From the NCBI GenBank assembly GCA_045863395.1, contig BTVJ01000036.1, positions 1 to 64,000 on the forward strand: a DNA stretch of 64,000 nucleotides. The letters run 5' to 3'. Each line of letters starts with the position of its first letter. Position 1 is the first letter of the stretch. This DNA comes from Myxococcales bacterium (GTDB taxonomy: Bacteria; Myxococcota_A; UBA9042; JABWCM01; BTVJ01). Of the stretch, positions 48,701-57,400 are shown one piece after another. The notes beneath the pieces are model-generated. The model saw only the letters and a program-made list of their open reading frames with translations. It was not told the origin of the DNA and ran no database searches. The translations under genes were made by a program, and so were the position numbers.

Positions 48701-51700
48701 CGCTGCCCTGCGCGCCCCCAGACCAGTAGGGGTGCTCCTCCATCGCGGACTCGCCGTCCAGCAGCTTGACCGTGTAGGCGCGCAGCGTCTCGAAGCGACC
48801 GGGAGGCGCCTCGTAGGTGACGACGTCGGCGATGAAGCCGCCGCCGGGGGCGAAGGCGACCGGCCCCTCGGTGGCCGGGTCGAGCACCAGGTAGCCATTG
48901 GCGCCGCCGCCGAAGGCCGTCCCCACCACCCCGGCCGCCCCCGGGTGGGTGAACACGTCCACCCGCCCCGAGCCATCGTGCAGCGCCAGGTCGAGGAAGG
49001 ACTCCGGGGTCTCCAGGGTGGTCGGTGATGGCTCGCCTGCCACAGGAATCACGCGCTGGTCCAGCGACAGGGTCCACCCTCCGAGGACGCCGCCACCCGT
49101 GGGCCGGGCGGCGCTCCGGTAGGTACGCCCGAGCACCATGTCGAGGCCGAGCCCCTTCACGGTGAGGTCCACCTCGGACAGCTCGAGTGACCGGTCGTGC
49201 AGCAGGACGCCCTCACCGGCACGGGCGGGGCTCTGGGCGGCCGGGAGCGATGTGTCGGGGCTGATCGGGTGCGGCGGCGTGCAGGCGACGAACCCTTCCT
49301 CCGAGGGCGCACAGGCATCGGGGTCCTCGAACACCACCGCCACCGTCGTGGGAGGGCCGGCCTGGCCGTTGGCGTCGAGCGCCGACACGGCCACCAAGGC
49401 GGTGCCCGCTTCCTCTGAGGTGACCCAGGCACACTTCCCGGCCGCAACGACCACCACGTTCGGGTCGTCGGACTCGTCGAGCGTACCCGTCGGCGACGTG
49501 ATGGTCGCCTTGCCGCCCGTCAGCGTGTACCGGACCTTCCCCGTGGAGCCCTTCGCGCAGACCTGCACGGTGTCCCCGGCGGCCGCGCTCGGGTTGGTGG
49601 AGCCGTCCAAGGCCTTCACCTCGACGACGAGGGGGCGACCGAGCACCTTGTAGACCTTCTCGCGGGTCGGCTTGCCCAGGTGGTCGCAGGAGGTGTGGCG
49701 CTTCTGGCGCAGGAGGTCATAGACCGTCTGCGGGTAGCCTGCGCCGCCCCCCGTCGTCCCCATGGCGCCGGGCACGTAGAGCTCATTCCAGCGCGTGCAG
49801 CGGACGAAGCGGGTCACGGTCGTGATCCCGTTGAAAGTGCTCGACACGTCCTTGACCAGCACCGACGCCGTGTCGCACTCGACGAACACGCCGCGCCCCT
49901 CGGTGGTCAGCGCGATCTTGACCTGGCTCGAGTCCTTGGCGGGGCCGCTGGGAGCGAAGCGCAGCTCGTTCACGGTGTAGCCGGACTTGGTCATCATGTC
50001 GTTCCAAGCCGCGACGCGCTTCTGAACGTCGCAGTCATTGGTGACGAGGACGGGCGAGCCGTTCACGAACCCGGTCTGGGACGCGACGCACGAGTCCCAG
50101 ATGCCGCCGGGCGGATCGCCGAGCAGCTCGGGTCCGAAGATGTCGGTGTCCTTCACCGGGGTCCCGAGCGGGTAGCGCGGGCACGCCTCGGTGGGCGTGC
50201 AGCCCTCGATCTGCTCCATGGGGGCCTCGAAGGATGCGGCGGGCACCGGTCCCAGCAAGGTGTCCGCGGGGACCAGCAGGCGCACGATCACGTGGCGCGG
50301 CTTCGCGCTCCCGTCGTAGGTGTCGAGCACGGAGAGCAGGCGGCCGTCGCCGATGGGGAACAGCCCGTGGCCGATGCGCGGCGTGGGACCCTCAGGGGTC
50401 TGCTGGCTGCCGGGCACGACCACCGGATGCAGCTCCATGAGCGCTGCCGTGCGCGCGACCACGTCTGCGACGTCTCCGAGGCGCCCCGACAGCAGGTGGT
50501 CGGCGTTCGTCGCCGCCCAGCCGGGGGCGGCGCCGGGGAACAGGCCGAGGATGACGCGCGGATCGTCGAAGGCGGGCACCTGGAAGACGACGTCCTTGCC
50601 AGGCTCGGCGGTCAGGTCGTGGAGCGTGAGGCGGCTACAGACCTGATTGGGGGCGGAGCTCGTGCACTGGTAGGTGCCCATCAGCGCGCGGCCGTTGCCC
50701 TCCAGGGCGAGCACGCTCTCCCCCCGCACGATGGAGCCCTGGCGCCTGGCCCCGAAGTAGGTCGCGGCCGGCAGCGGATAGACCCGGTGGCCCTCCGGGA
50801 CGAGCGAGGCGCCCGCCACGCGCAGCTCGGTGACTTCCAGGGCGTAGCGCTTCGCCGAGAAGACGTAGTCGCCGCAGCCCGTCATGTCGAGCAGTCCCTT
50901 GCAGCCCTTGCAGGGGCATGGGACGAGGGTGGCGTTGGGCGAGCAGGCCAGTCCGGCGCCGCCCTGGGCGTTCGGCTGCTCGTCGCAGCAGGCCTCGGTC
51001 CACGTCTCCGCGGGGCAGCCGCCCGGGGCGCTCCCGCCCGCATCCACCACCTTGGGGTCGAGCCCGTAGAGGGTCGCCCGCTCCTCGCAGTCCGACTGGC
51101 TGGTGGTCGGCGGCTCGCCGACGACGACGGCGCGGTAGCAGGTGCCGCTCCCGCACGGGTAGCGCTCGACGTGGAGCTGCCCGTCGCGCTCGCGATCCAC
51201 CGCCAGGTTGTCGAACTGCGTCCTCCCGAAGGTGGTCGAGGGGGTGACGACGGTGTCGTGGATCATCACGCTCGCGAGGTCGTCGCGCAGGAGCGTGAAG
51301 GAAGGAGAGAACACCCGGAGGCGCGGCGCCGTGAAGTTGAAGTTGGCGCAGGTGGCTCCGAGTGGAGCCGTGGTGGCGACGAGCACCCAGAGGCGGTCCG
51401 CGTCGTCGAGCGCGAAGTCGCGCACCGGGTCCTGGTGGACCGCGGCGGGCAGCTCGGTCGCGACGATGGCCTCGCCGTCCTTGGGGATGGGCGTCTGGTA
51501 GAGCTTCGCCTCCTTCGGGTAACCGCTCGCGACGTGCAGCAGGATGAGCCGCCCGTCCGAGGTGAGCCGAGCGCGGAAGCCGACGCCCTGCTGGCCGGGG
51601 CCCCCAACCCCGAGCGGCGCCGTCAACGGGAGGGCCACGGTCCACAGGACCGCCCCGGACGTCGGATCGAGCCCCACGACGGCCGGGTGGTCGCGGTTCA

Positions 51701-53357
51701 CGCCACCCTCGGTGTAGGTGACGCGCACGATGGCGACGAGCTGCTCCGTGGTGCCGCCGTCGAGCAGCACGTGCAGCAGGTCGGTCAGCAGGACGCCGGT
51801 GGGGACACGGGCGGGCGTCGTCGGCCCTTCCGGCAGCAGGTCGACCAGCTCCTGCGGGGACAGGTCGAACGAGCCCAAGGCGGCCAGGGCCTCGCCGGCG
51901 TCGAGGCGGACGATCTCGCTGCGGAAGAGCTGCGGGGCCGCGGAGGTGGTGAGGCGGCGCCCGAGGCCGAGCCAGCCCGCACCGGCGCCGTCGTCGGCGA
52001 AGGTCACCGTAACCACGTCCTGGGCGGGAAGTGGGTCGGCGCCGGGCGCGTCGGGGTCGTAGAGAAGCCCACACGAGGCGCCAGGACAGGTCTCGGGAGT
52101 GCTCGCGAGGGGGTCTCCGAACTCGCACCCGCTCGCTACCAGCGGGCCGCCACCCTGGTGCGCGGCGCTGAGCGTGAACGCGCTGCCCAGCTTCAGCTTC
52201 GAGAAGGGGCGGTCACGACGCGACGATGACTGAGGCCATGTGCCGGCGAGCTTGGCGCCGCGATCACATGCGTCGCCCGCGCCGTCGCCGTCTGCGTCCT
52301 CCTGGCCCGGGTCGGCGACGGTCGGGCACGTGTCGCAGGGGTCGCCGGCGCCGTCTCCGTCGAGGTCGGCCTGGCCCGGGTTGGGGTGAACGGGGCAGTT
52401 GTCGTCCGCGGTGGGGATGCCGTCGTCGTCCGGGTCGCCCGCCGGATCGGAGGTGTCCAGCGTGTCCGCGGTGGTGTCGGCAGCATCGCCAGGACCCGCG
52501 TCCCCACCGGACGTGTCCACCTGGGTCGTGTCAGGGCCGCCGGAGGCATCGGTGACCCCCGCGTCGTCGCTGGCGTCGGGGACGGTGGGGAGCGGCGTGC
52601 CCGCAAAGCCGTAGCTGAAGTGGTCGACCAGGGCCACCACATCACCGAGGCCCGCGGTGGTGTCGAGGGCCTCCCACAGTGGTGTGTCACCGGGTGTCCA
52701 GTAGATGCCGACGTTCCCCGTTACGCCGAGCGCGAAGTGGACCTCGGCCGGGACCGCGAGGTCGAGCCCGTGGGGGGTGATCTCATAGATGGCCGTCGCA
52801 GGGTCCACGTCGGCCGGGCCCGCCAGGTCTGCATAGTCCAGCGCGATGGCGGTGGGCTTGCTCAGCGCTCCAGGCGGGATGACCAGGGTGAGCTCGCCGA
52901 GCGAGATGACGCCACCGGCCGGTCCGATCAGCTCGGACGCAGCGTCGGGGCTCGTGTCGGAGAGGGCATCGAGGAGAGCGCCGCCAGTGTCTGCCTCCTG
53001 GCTGTCTGCGATGTCCGCGACGTCGGTGGCGTCGGCGACATCGGTCGTGGCGACGTCCGAGCTCACCGCGTCGGGGACGGAGACGTCTGGTTCCGGCGTG
53101 GCGTCCACCGCGTCGACCAACGCTCCATCCGGCCCAAGCCCGTCGGCGGGGGCCCCGGTGTCGGGCGTGCGGCCTGGCACGTCGCCGAGCGTGTCATCCG
53201 CGCCTCCCCCCCCGGCGCCCCCGTCGGCGGCCGCGTCGAGAGCGGCACTGTCGGCGGCGCCACCCTGGTCGGGCTCGTCGGGGCACGCCGGCAGCAAGGC
53301 GACGAACAGCGTGATGAGAACGGACATGCCACCAGCACGACGCGGGCACACTTCCAT
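42777..53357 (-). CDS. Giant (~3,500 aa) lipoprotein-anchored YD/Rhs-repeat protein
   Basis: Lipobox VLITLFVALLPA-C; Asp/Ala-rich linker; ZU5-like domain (IGPAGGVI...IPPGAL...VDHFS); TSP3-type Ca-binding repeats (DDNCPVHPNPGQADLDGDGAGDPCD); DUF6531-like segment (EVDLTVKGLGLDMVLGRTYRS); many YD repeats (YTYDADGRL, YAYDAWGRV, YRYDALG, QYDALDRR); start at 53357 or 53327. Confidence 0.85.
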   Translation of the reverse strand: MEVCPRRAGGMSVLITLFVALLPACPDEPDQGGAADSAALDAAADGGAGGGGADDTLGDVPGRTPDTGAPADGLGPDGALVDAVDATPEPDVSVPDAVSSDVATTDVADATDVADIADSQEADTGGALLDALSDTSPDAASELIGPAGGVISLGELTLVIPPGALSKPTAIALDYADLAGPADVDPATAIYEITPHGLDLAVPAEVHFALGVTGNVGIYWTPGDTPLWEALDTTAGLGDVVALVDHFSYGFAGTPLPTVPDASDDAGVTDASGGPDTTQVDTSGGDAGPGDAADTTADTLDTSDPAGDPDDDGIPTADDNCPVHPNPGQADLDGDGAGDPCDTCPTVADPGQEDADGDGAGDACDRGAKLAGTWPQSSSRRDRPFSKLKLGSAFTLSAAHQGGGPLVASGCEFGDPLASTPETCPGASCGLLYDPDAPGADPLPAQDVVTVTFADDGAGAGWLGLGRRLTTSAAPQLFRSEIVRLDAGEALAALGSFDLSPQELVDLLPEGPTTPARVPTGVLLTDLLHVLLDGGTTEQLVAIVRVTYTEGGVNRDHPAVVGLDPTSGAVLWTVALPLTAPLGVGGPGQQGVGFRARLTSDGRLILLHVASGYPKEAKLYQTPIPKDGEAIVATELPAAVHQDPVRDFALDDADRLWVLVATTAPLGATCANFNFTAPRLRVFSPSFTLLRDDLASVMIHDTVVTPSTTFGRTQFDNLAVDRERDGQLHVERYPCGSGTCYRAVVVGEPPTTSQSDCEERATLYGLDPKVVDAGGSAPGGCPAETWTEACCDEQPNAQGGAGLACSPNATLVPCPCKGCKGLLDMTGCGDYVFSAKRYALEVTELRVAGASLVPEGHRVYPLPAATYFGARRQGSIVRGESVLALEGNGRALMGTYQCTSSAPNQVCSRLTLHDLTAEPGKDVVFQVPAFDDPRVILGLFPGAAPGWAATNADHLLSGRLGDVADVVARTAALMELHPVVVPGSQQTPEGPTPRIGHGLFPIGDGRLLSVLDTYDGSAKPRHVIVRLLVPADTLLGPVPAASFEAPMEQIEGCTPTEACPRYPLGTPVKDTDIFGPELLGDPPGGIWDSCVASQTGFVNGSPVLVTNDCDVQKRVAAWNDMMTKSGYTVNELRFAPSGPAKDSSQVKIALTTEGRGVFVECDTASVLVKDVSSTFNGITTVTRFVRCTRWNELYVPGAMGTTGGGAGYPQTVYDLLRQKRHTSCDHLGKPTREKVYKVLGRPLVVEVKALDGSTNPSAAAGDTVQVCAKGSTGKVRYTLTGGKATITSPTGTLDESDDPNVVVVAAGKCAWVTSEEAGTALVAVSALDANGQAGPPTTVAVVFEDPDACAPSEEGFVACTPPHPISPDTSLPAAQSPARAGEGVLLHDRSLELSEVDLTVKGLGLDMVLGRTYRSAARPTGGGVLGGWTLSLDQRVIPVAGEPSPTTLETPESFLDLALHDGSGRVDVFTHPGAAGVVGTAFGGGANGYLVLDPATEGPVAFAPGGGFIADVVTYEAPPGRFETLRAYTVKLLDGESAMEEHPYWSGGAQGSAGERRFYELREPGGTRRIFNCRGQLIRIIDPRFREIELLYEGPIHPITQVRQLTRIVDTRNREWKVAWEDAGSGAQRAPRIAKLTDPFGREIRYGYATLPDGGVVLDRVQRLFASPDAALKIDETTRYTYDADGRLLTVRLPGDVEPALRVEYDGDGHVVRQVIGQDDGQGPGLRRGMVYTFAAPSAATVVVTDGRGTPRTYALAPLGAGGPSVVASLSYPREVWDGKLFPPGRTETTLTWEYTYTAHGQVEEELHPSGRRTVFTYNDRGRALTRQVIPAGDTAPKTWTWEYDPACQLLVREVTPSGRETLWTVGGADPLGKPGEVCRHLRRDRAPVSGDAWTDEYAYVPSGAQRGLLSSAAVLLGGNERRRTEYAYGVDAGGGANPTAFHRGKVPKPALGHLIGETETGAVPPECASVPVAFERAYEVDGRGNTVRTTRKNGGAGIVEERTYDMKDRVVKEVLDPAGIAATVTTTWTPRDLPKAVEHDARDTFSTLSSSFASVFGNVNARIERVEHFYDLAGRRVGTLENPDGGLDRDFEVLGLDGRGNPIRRLTPGGGVDAATFDLIATTLKKGQGALELLSDLPDPDPATLASYGPKVVIRKTTYDTHQNPLFVRESDGFEDAEVESPYASARETDRYLDVEDRLAVLVDPRSTPGALHLIEKVWDGHGRLLEERVYDPASCLGPTTPILKTVLGPYDADDNPAKREIFGDDGAANAGPEPLTGAGCTSRKLASEAYAYDAWGRVAERTQHRFVRQDPSKLTDAPGPTSTTETYGYDDRDLVTLRRRDDGETFETAHTALGEACLARRSAGGVTGGSQITWAFDGAGRVTGHTQTDTGEATVTVTETWQLDTAGRKTKILRGEGQSEQIVYDARGRKRAWIDKRGAIWERRYDRLGQTRLEGPRNDKGARGTRTTWRGRTPTDEERIVGGAFATLPDTGGAVQERTSWAHDAFGRIRRTWPNGREGTAVVEHVRDAAGNLLSETSPTGIVRTTTWDTLGRATRVEATAPWAPGDAPSAYAEAGQSAAKIYRYDALGAMTGAQEREGALAYTTVRWFHDSGGSVLEERHTLHKGDVGNLTAAELEQRRLATVVTRSRVDARGNRTALYWDAADSPELSYWEHDALDRLTRVDLGTSFIDWKYSGDRIASKKATILAAGAIRSVYGYDDIGAPYLVQHFQDSEVLPFYESRRVFLRGDPVITTNRAFQNDLKPVGDVALLPQVLIGKSHVDPALYNPATNLGGLFSYTTFQARPLPSSYLLNDTDGLGLTRRTLTTTYGAATGKAQLLLGLTTYDGARRREHLTVSWDPTLPKKLQELTHVRFTYRDESAASTLCAEQGVEERVCHVRHLMMCRVNESDPLGTKCTLQGDEMNFLGSVVSSPPEATDTTIGFNTVPPKNRSFWAYLHTPSGRLREGVTLSGADIGDRDRHTYDLFDRLITTDDKSIIGKNCNFGTCVASRRRLQYDALDRRVLETYDAPSTLRSERPRRFVYLGDDLIQEYVYKFEGETLDTKGKLLLSGTSRFVRTPDGDMPYFTAAYGVEAVPIQDLDLGFVGFLDRESGQIVPRGTNLLLTNAKPQPYIADTQRVFRWVSPTSELQPFDGTSYTAGLGFEKDFHQDWLGDFWHAQTTFGDVIQENKKSFDLIAIIITLPIFVAAPNSIGSILGQLAGDVISLRREYLQTGSLSWMSVGATLVSAGGSFLGIRGAGQLDAPAPVAALRQASRRAELARNLERRFLRRARALVKQSNPTAYYNLFAGGIEFAQQGLVQKAAMVTANEIAAQIQTVILPPGYARSILKGGLDVADPKVIGFERKVLDVARKYENTYGLILDEYKDAEIDEFFAAAVEEVESWVKGSGLRDPNTVSEAIDAAAGRTQDILRTQRLDTRDLLQTAFVDAQDVVGTAYRPAADLVRTAGGGVTQDLLGTVRIPADSVSTLRLTAADLRSTLRGAADPVRDTLLESTGTLIEAGTRR

Positions 53358-53568
53358 GGTGGACTCCGATGCAGGAGATGATCCGTCCATACGGATCACC
53401 CGGCCGACCGGATCGGAAGAAGCGCGTCCGCTACCGATCTCCCACGCGACGTGTCTGGCGCAGGACGTCCGGCGCTGCTCCATTCGACCCTCGCCTCGAG
53501 TTGTGGCAGAGTCGCCGCCGCCCGCCGCTGGTCGCCGGCAGGTGGGCGAACTGCCACGGATGTGAGGC

Positions 53569-53835
53569 ATGAAGCGATGGGTGTTCGGTTGCGCGATCCT
53601 GGTGCTCGCTGGTGGGTGCAAGAAGGAGGCGCCGCCGGCGCCCGCGAAGCCCGCCACGGAGGCTGGCCCAGCGAAGGGCGAGGCCAAGGACGCGCCGGTG
53701 ACGCTGCGCTCGCGCGGTGACAAGGCGCCGGGCGTGTGGGGTGGCCTGCGGCTCCTCGGGAACGCGAGCCGCAGCGTCCGCGAGGGTGTCGTGATCGAGC
53801 ACGCCGGGTTGGAGGGGCCCGCGGTGGAGGTCGCG
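53569..53835 (+). pseudogene. Truncated lipoprotein remnant (beta-helix-type)
   Basis: Signal MKRWVFGCAILVLAGG-C with GAGG RBS; APVTLRS...PGVWGGL...VVIEHAG motif; sense is lost at ~53835 where the antisense of the MNT gene begins. Confidence 0.55.
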
Positions 53836-54177
53836 GCCCGCGGTGGCAATGACCGCCTCCCGCAGCGCGGGCTGCGCCTCCTCCAGGCGAACCAGGTCGA
53901 CCGGCCACCGCACGATGCCGAGGACCACGCCCAGGGCCCGGAAGAGCGCGTCCTGCGCGAGCCCCTCGACGGGCAGATCCACGTCGGAGGTCTCCGGAGC
54001 CCATGCCCCGCTGACGAGGGAGCCGAAGAGGATCAACCGCCGCACCCCCCAGTCCCGCCGGAGCATGGCGGCCGCCTCGACGACACGGGCACGAACCGCA
54101 GCGGCGGCTCGGTCTCGCTCCGCGCGTTCTCCCGCGAGCCGCGCTCTCCATGATGTGATCAGTGGCTCGATCTCCAT
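53827..54177 (-). CDS. Minimal nucleotidyltransferase (MNT/MntA-like); no stop at the expected end, frame runs on to 53431
   Basis: WGVRRLILFGSLVSG...SDVDLPVEG...PVDLVRLEEA...LREAVIATAGRDL (GS-x10-DxD motif). Confidence 0.78.
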
Positions 54178-54421
54178 GGCCGACGTGTCGACCCGCGGCG
54201 CCGGTACGTCAACGGTAGACCCCGTCGGTACCACGACGGTCGCTGCCATGTAGCGTGGACGCCGAAGACGACCGAGGTTCGTACCAAACAGCGGACACCG
54301 CCTCAGCTCGTGCTCGTCGGCGCCGGCCACGAGCACGGGTGCGATGCGACCGAGCGCCGCGGTGCCTCTCTTGGCGCCGGACGAGACCACAACCAAGGCC
54401 GGGAGTCAGGTGCAGGCACCG

Positions 54422-57400
54422 CTACTCCCGCACGACGCTTGCCTGCCGCTCCAGACGGATCTGATACCCGTCGAGCTTGTTGTAGAGGGTCCGCCGGTCG
54501 ATGCCCAGCAGCTCCGCGGTCTTCTTCTTGTTGCCCCCGCAGGCCTCCAAGGTGCGGATGATCGCCTCCCGCTCCAGCTCCGCGATGGTCATCCCGGGGC
54601 TGAAGGGCAGCCCGTCCCCGTCTCTCCCCACCGGCCGCGCGCTCACCCCCGACGCGGCCGCCACGATCTCGTGGAAGTGGGCGAAGCTCGCCGGCGTGAG
54701 CTGCTCCCCCTCCGCGAAGACGCTCGCGTTCTTGATGATGGTCTCCAGCTCCCGCACGTTCCCCGGGAAGTCGTACCGCGCGAGCAGCGTCAGTGCGTCG
54801 GCGCTGATGCCCTTGATGCGCGTGAGCCCCGAGGCCCGGTTCTCCTTGATGAAGTGCTGCACCAGGAGCGGGATGTCGTCCTTGCGCTCCCGCAGCGCCG
54901 GTAGCTGGATGGGCACGACGTTGATCCGGTAGAAGAGGTCCTCGCGGAACTCCTTGCGCCGCACCTGCTCCTTCAGGTCCCGGTTCGTGGCCGCCACGAT
55001 GCGCACGTCCACCTTGGTGGTGCGCGGGCTGCCCACCTTCTGCACCTCCCCCGACTGGAGCACCCGCAGCAGCTTCACCTGCATCTCCAGCGGCATCTCA
55101 CCGATCTCGTCGAGGAACAGGGTCCCCTTGTGGGCCACCTCGAAGAAGCCCCGCTTGTCGGCGCTCGCCCCGGTGAACGCCCCGCGAACGTGCCCGAACA
55201 GCTCGCTCTCGAAGAGGCTCGCGGGGATGCTCCCGCAGTTGACCGCCACGAACTCGTGGCTCCGCCGCGCGCCGTTGTAGTGGATGGCCCGCGCCACGAG
55301 CTCCTTCCCCGTGCCGCTCTCCCCACCGATCAACACCGGGATGTCGTTCTCCAAGAGCCGGTCGATGATGTAGAACACCTCGCGCAGCTTGGCGCTCTGA
55401 CCGACCAGCGCCTCGTAGCGGTGCCGGCTCTCGAGCTGCTGCTGCTGCCGCGCCATGCGGGTCTGGGTCTCCGCCAGCTCCAGGCTCGTCCTCTGCAGCT
55501 TCTCCTCGAGCTGCTTGTTCAGGTCCTCTACGCGCCGCTGGCTCTCTGCCAGGGCGTTCTTCTGCCGCAGGTTCTCCTCGAACAGCCGCGCGTTGCCGAT
55601 GGCGATGGCCGCCTGGTCCGCGAAGGCCTCCATGAACGCCAGATCGACCTCCCCGAAGGCGCTCGCCTGGAAGCGGTTGTCGATGTAGAGCACGCCGATG
55701 GAGCGCCCCATGAGCCGCAGCGGCAGGCACAGGATCGACCGCAGCCGCAGGTTGTGGATGGACAGGTACTCCCGGTACCGCTCGTCCTCCATGGCGTCGA
55801 CCGTGATGATGGGCTCCCCCTCCTCCATGACCCGCTCGGCGATGGACGTGCTGATCTTGAACCGCCGGTTCTTGATGTTCTCCCGATCGATGTTGCGCGC
55901 CACCCGCACGGTGAGGCCATCGGGGCCGTCCTCCTCGCTGCCGAGCAGCAGGAACCCCCGCTCGGCCCCCGTCAGCACGATGGCGGAGTCCATGATGAAC
56001 TCCAACAGCCGCGTGACGTCGTGCTCCGTGTTCAGCCGCTTGTTGATCTCCAGGAGCTTCGCCATGTCGGCGCCGAACACGTCCGTGCGCTGCGCCCGCG
56101 CCGCGTGCCCTTCCAGCGCCTCGATCCAGCGCAGCTCGGCCATGGCCTCCCGCCGGTCGCGCACCCCCATGAAGGACTCGGCCAGCTTGGGTGGCAGCGG
56201 GCGCACCAGCCCCCGCAGGATCTCCAGCGCTGCGAGCCCGTGCTCGATGGCCTTGCGGGTCTCGCCCAGGTCGCGCAGCACACGCGCCGCCACGAAGCGC
56301 AGCGGCCACAGCACCTCGGGGCTGTCCAGCCCCTCTGCCGACCGCAGCGCGTCCTCGACCAGCTCACCGGCCCGATCCGGGGCGCCGTCGGCACGCACCC
56401 GCTCGGCCTCCGCCCGCAGCGTCAGCGCCCGGACCCGCAGATCCCGCGCACCGTGCCGCAGCGCCGCCTCCAGCGCCCGCCCCGCCCAAGCCGCCACGTC
56501 GTCGTGGGCCCCCCGATCCAGCGCGAGCTGCCCCAGCTCGAGCTGCACTTCCGTGATCTCGTTGGCGCTCCCCAGCTCCTCGAACAGCGCGAGGGCCGCG
56601 CGCAGGTGCGCCTCCGGGTCGCCGCAGGCCCCCTCCAGCCGCTCGATCTCCCCCAACAGCGACAGGTTGTACCCCTCGATGAACCGGTTCTTCTCGCTCC
56701 GGCACAAGGCCAGCGACCGCTCCACCAGCGCCCGCGCGCGGTCGAGCTGCCCCAGGTAGCGGTACACGTTCCCCAGGTTGTTGCAGTTCTTGAGCACCCC
56801 TCCACGATCCCCGAGCACCTCTGACAGCCGCAGCGACCGCTCGTAGTGCTCGATGGCCCGCTGGACATCGCCCCGCTCCTGGTAGACGACGCCCATGTTC
56901 ATCAGCAGGGACCACTGGCGCGCCCGGTCTCCCGCACGCTCGGCCATCTCCAGCGCCCCCTGGTACTCCGCGAGGGCCTCGTCGTAGCGGTCCTTGCGGT
57001 GCTGGACGATGCCGAGGCACGTCCGAAGCGCCGCCACGTCCCCGGGGCGCCCGAGCGCCTCGTAGCGGGCGAGCGCCTCGCCCAGGGTCCCCTCCGCGTC
57101 CTCCAGGCGCCCCTGGTAGAAGGCCGCCAGGCCGAGCACGTGGGAGAGGCGCGCCCGCACCACTGGCTGCTGATCACCCTCGCCCAGCTCGCGGCGCGCC
57201 TCCTCCCCCTCCTCGATGGCGCGGGCGTAGTCGCCCCCATACAGCAGCGCCTGTGCGAGCCAGCTCCTCGCCTCGGCGCTGTCCAGCGGCCTGCGCCCGG
57301 CCAGGGTCGCGACCGCATCCCCCAGCCGGTCAGTGGCCAGGGCGAACGCACCGCGCCGAAGCTCCAGCACCCCGGCTCGCCTCAGCGCGTCGGCCCGCAG

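Noticed and set aside
53358..53849. First ~164 codons of the 3690-aa ORF
   Set aside because: Antisense to the lipoprotein remnant; the lipoprotein signal peptide only begins at 53357/53327.
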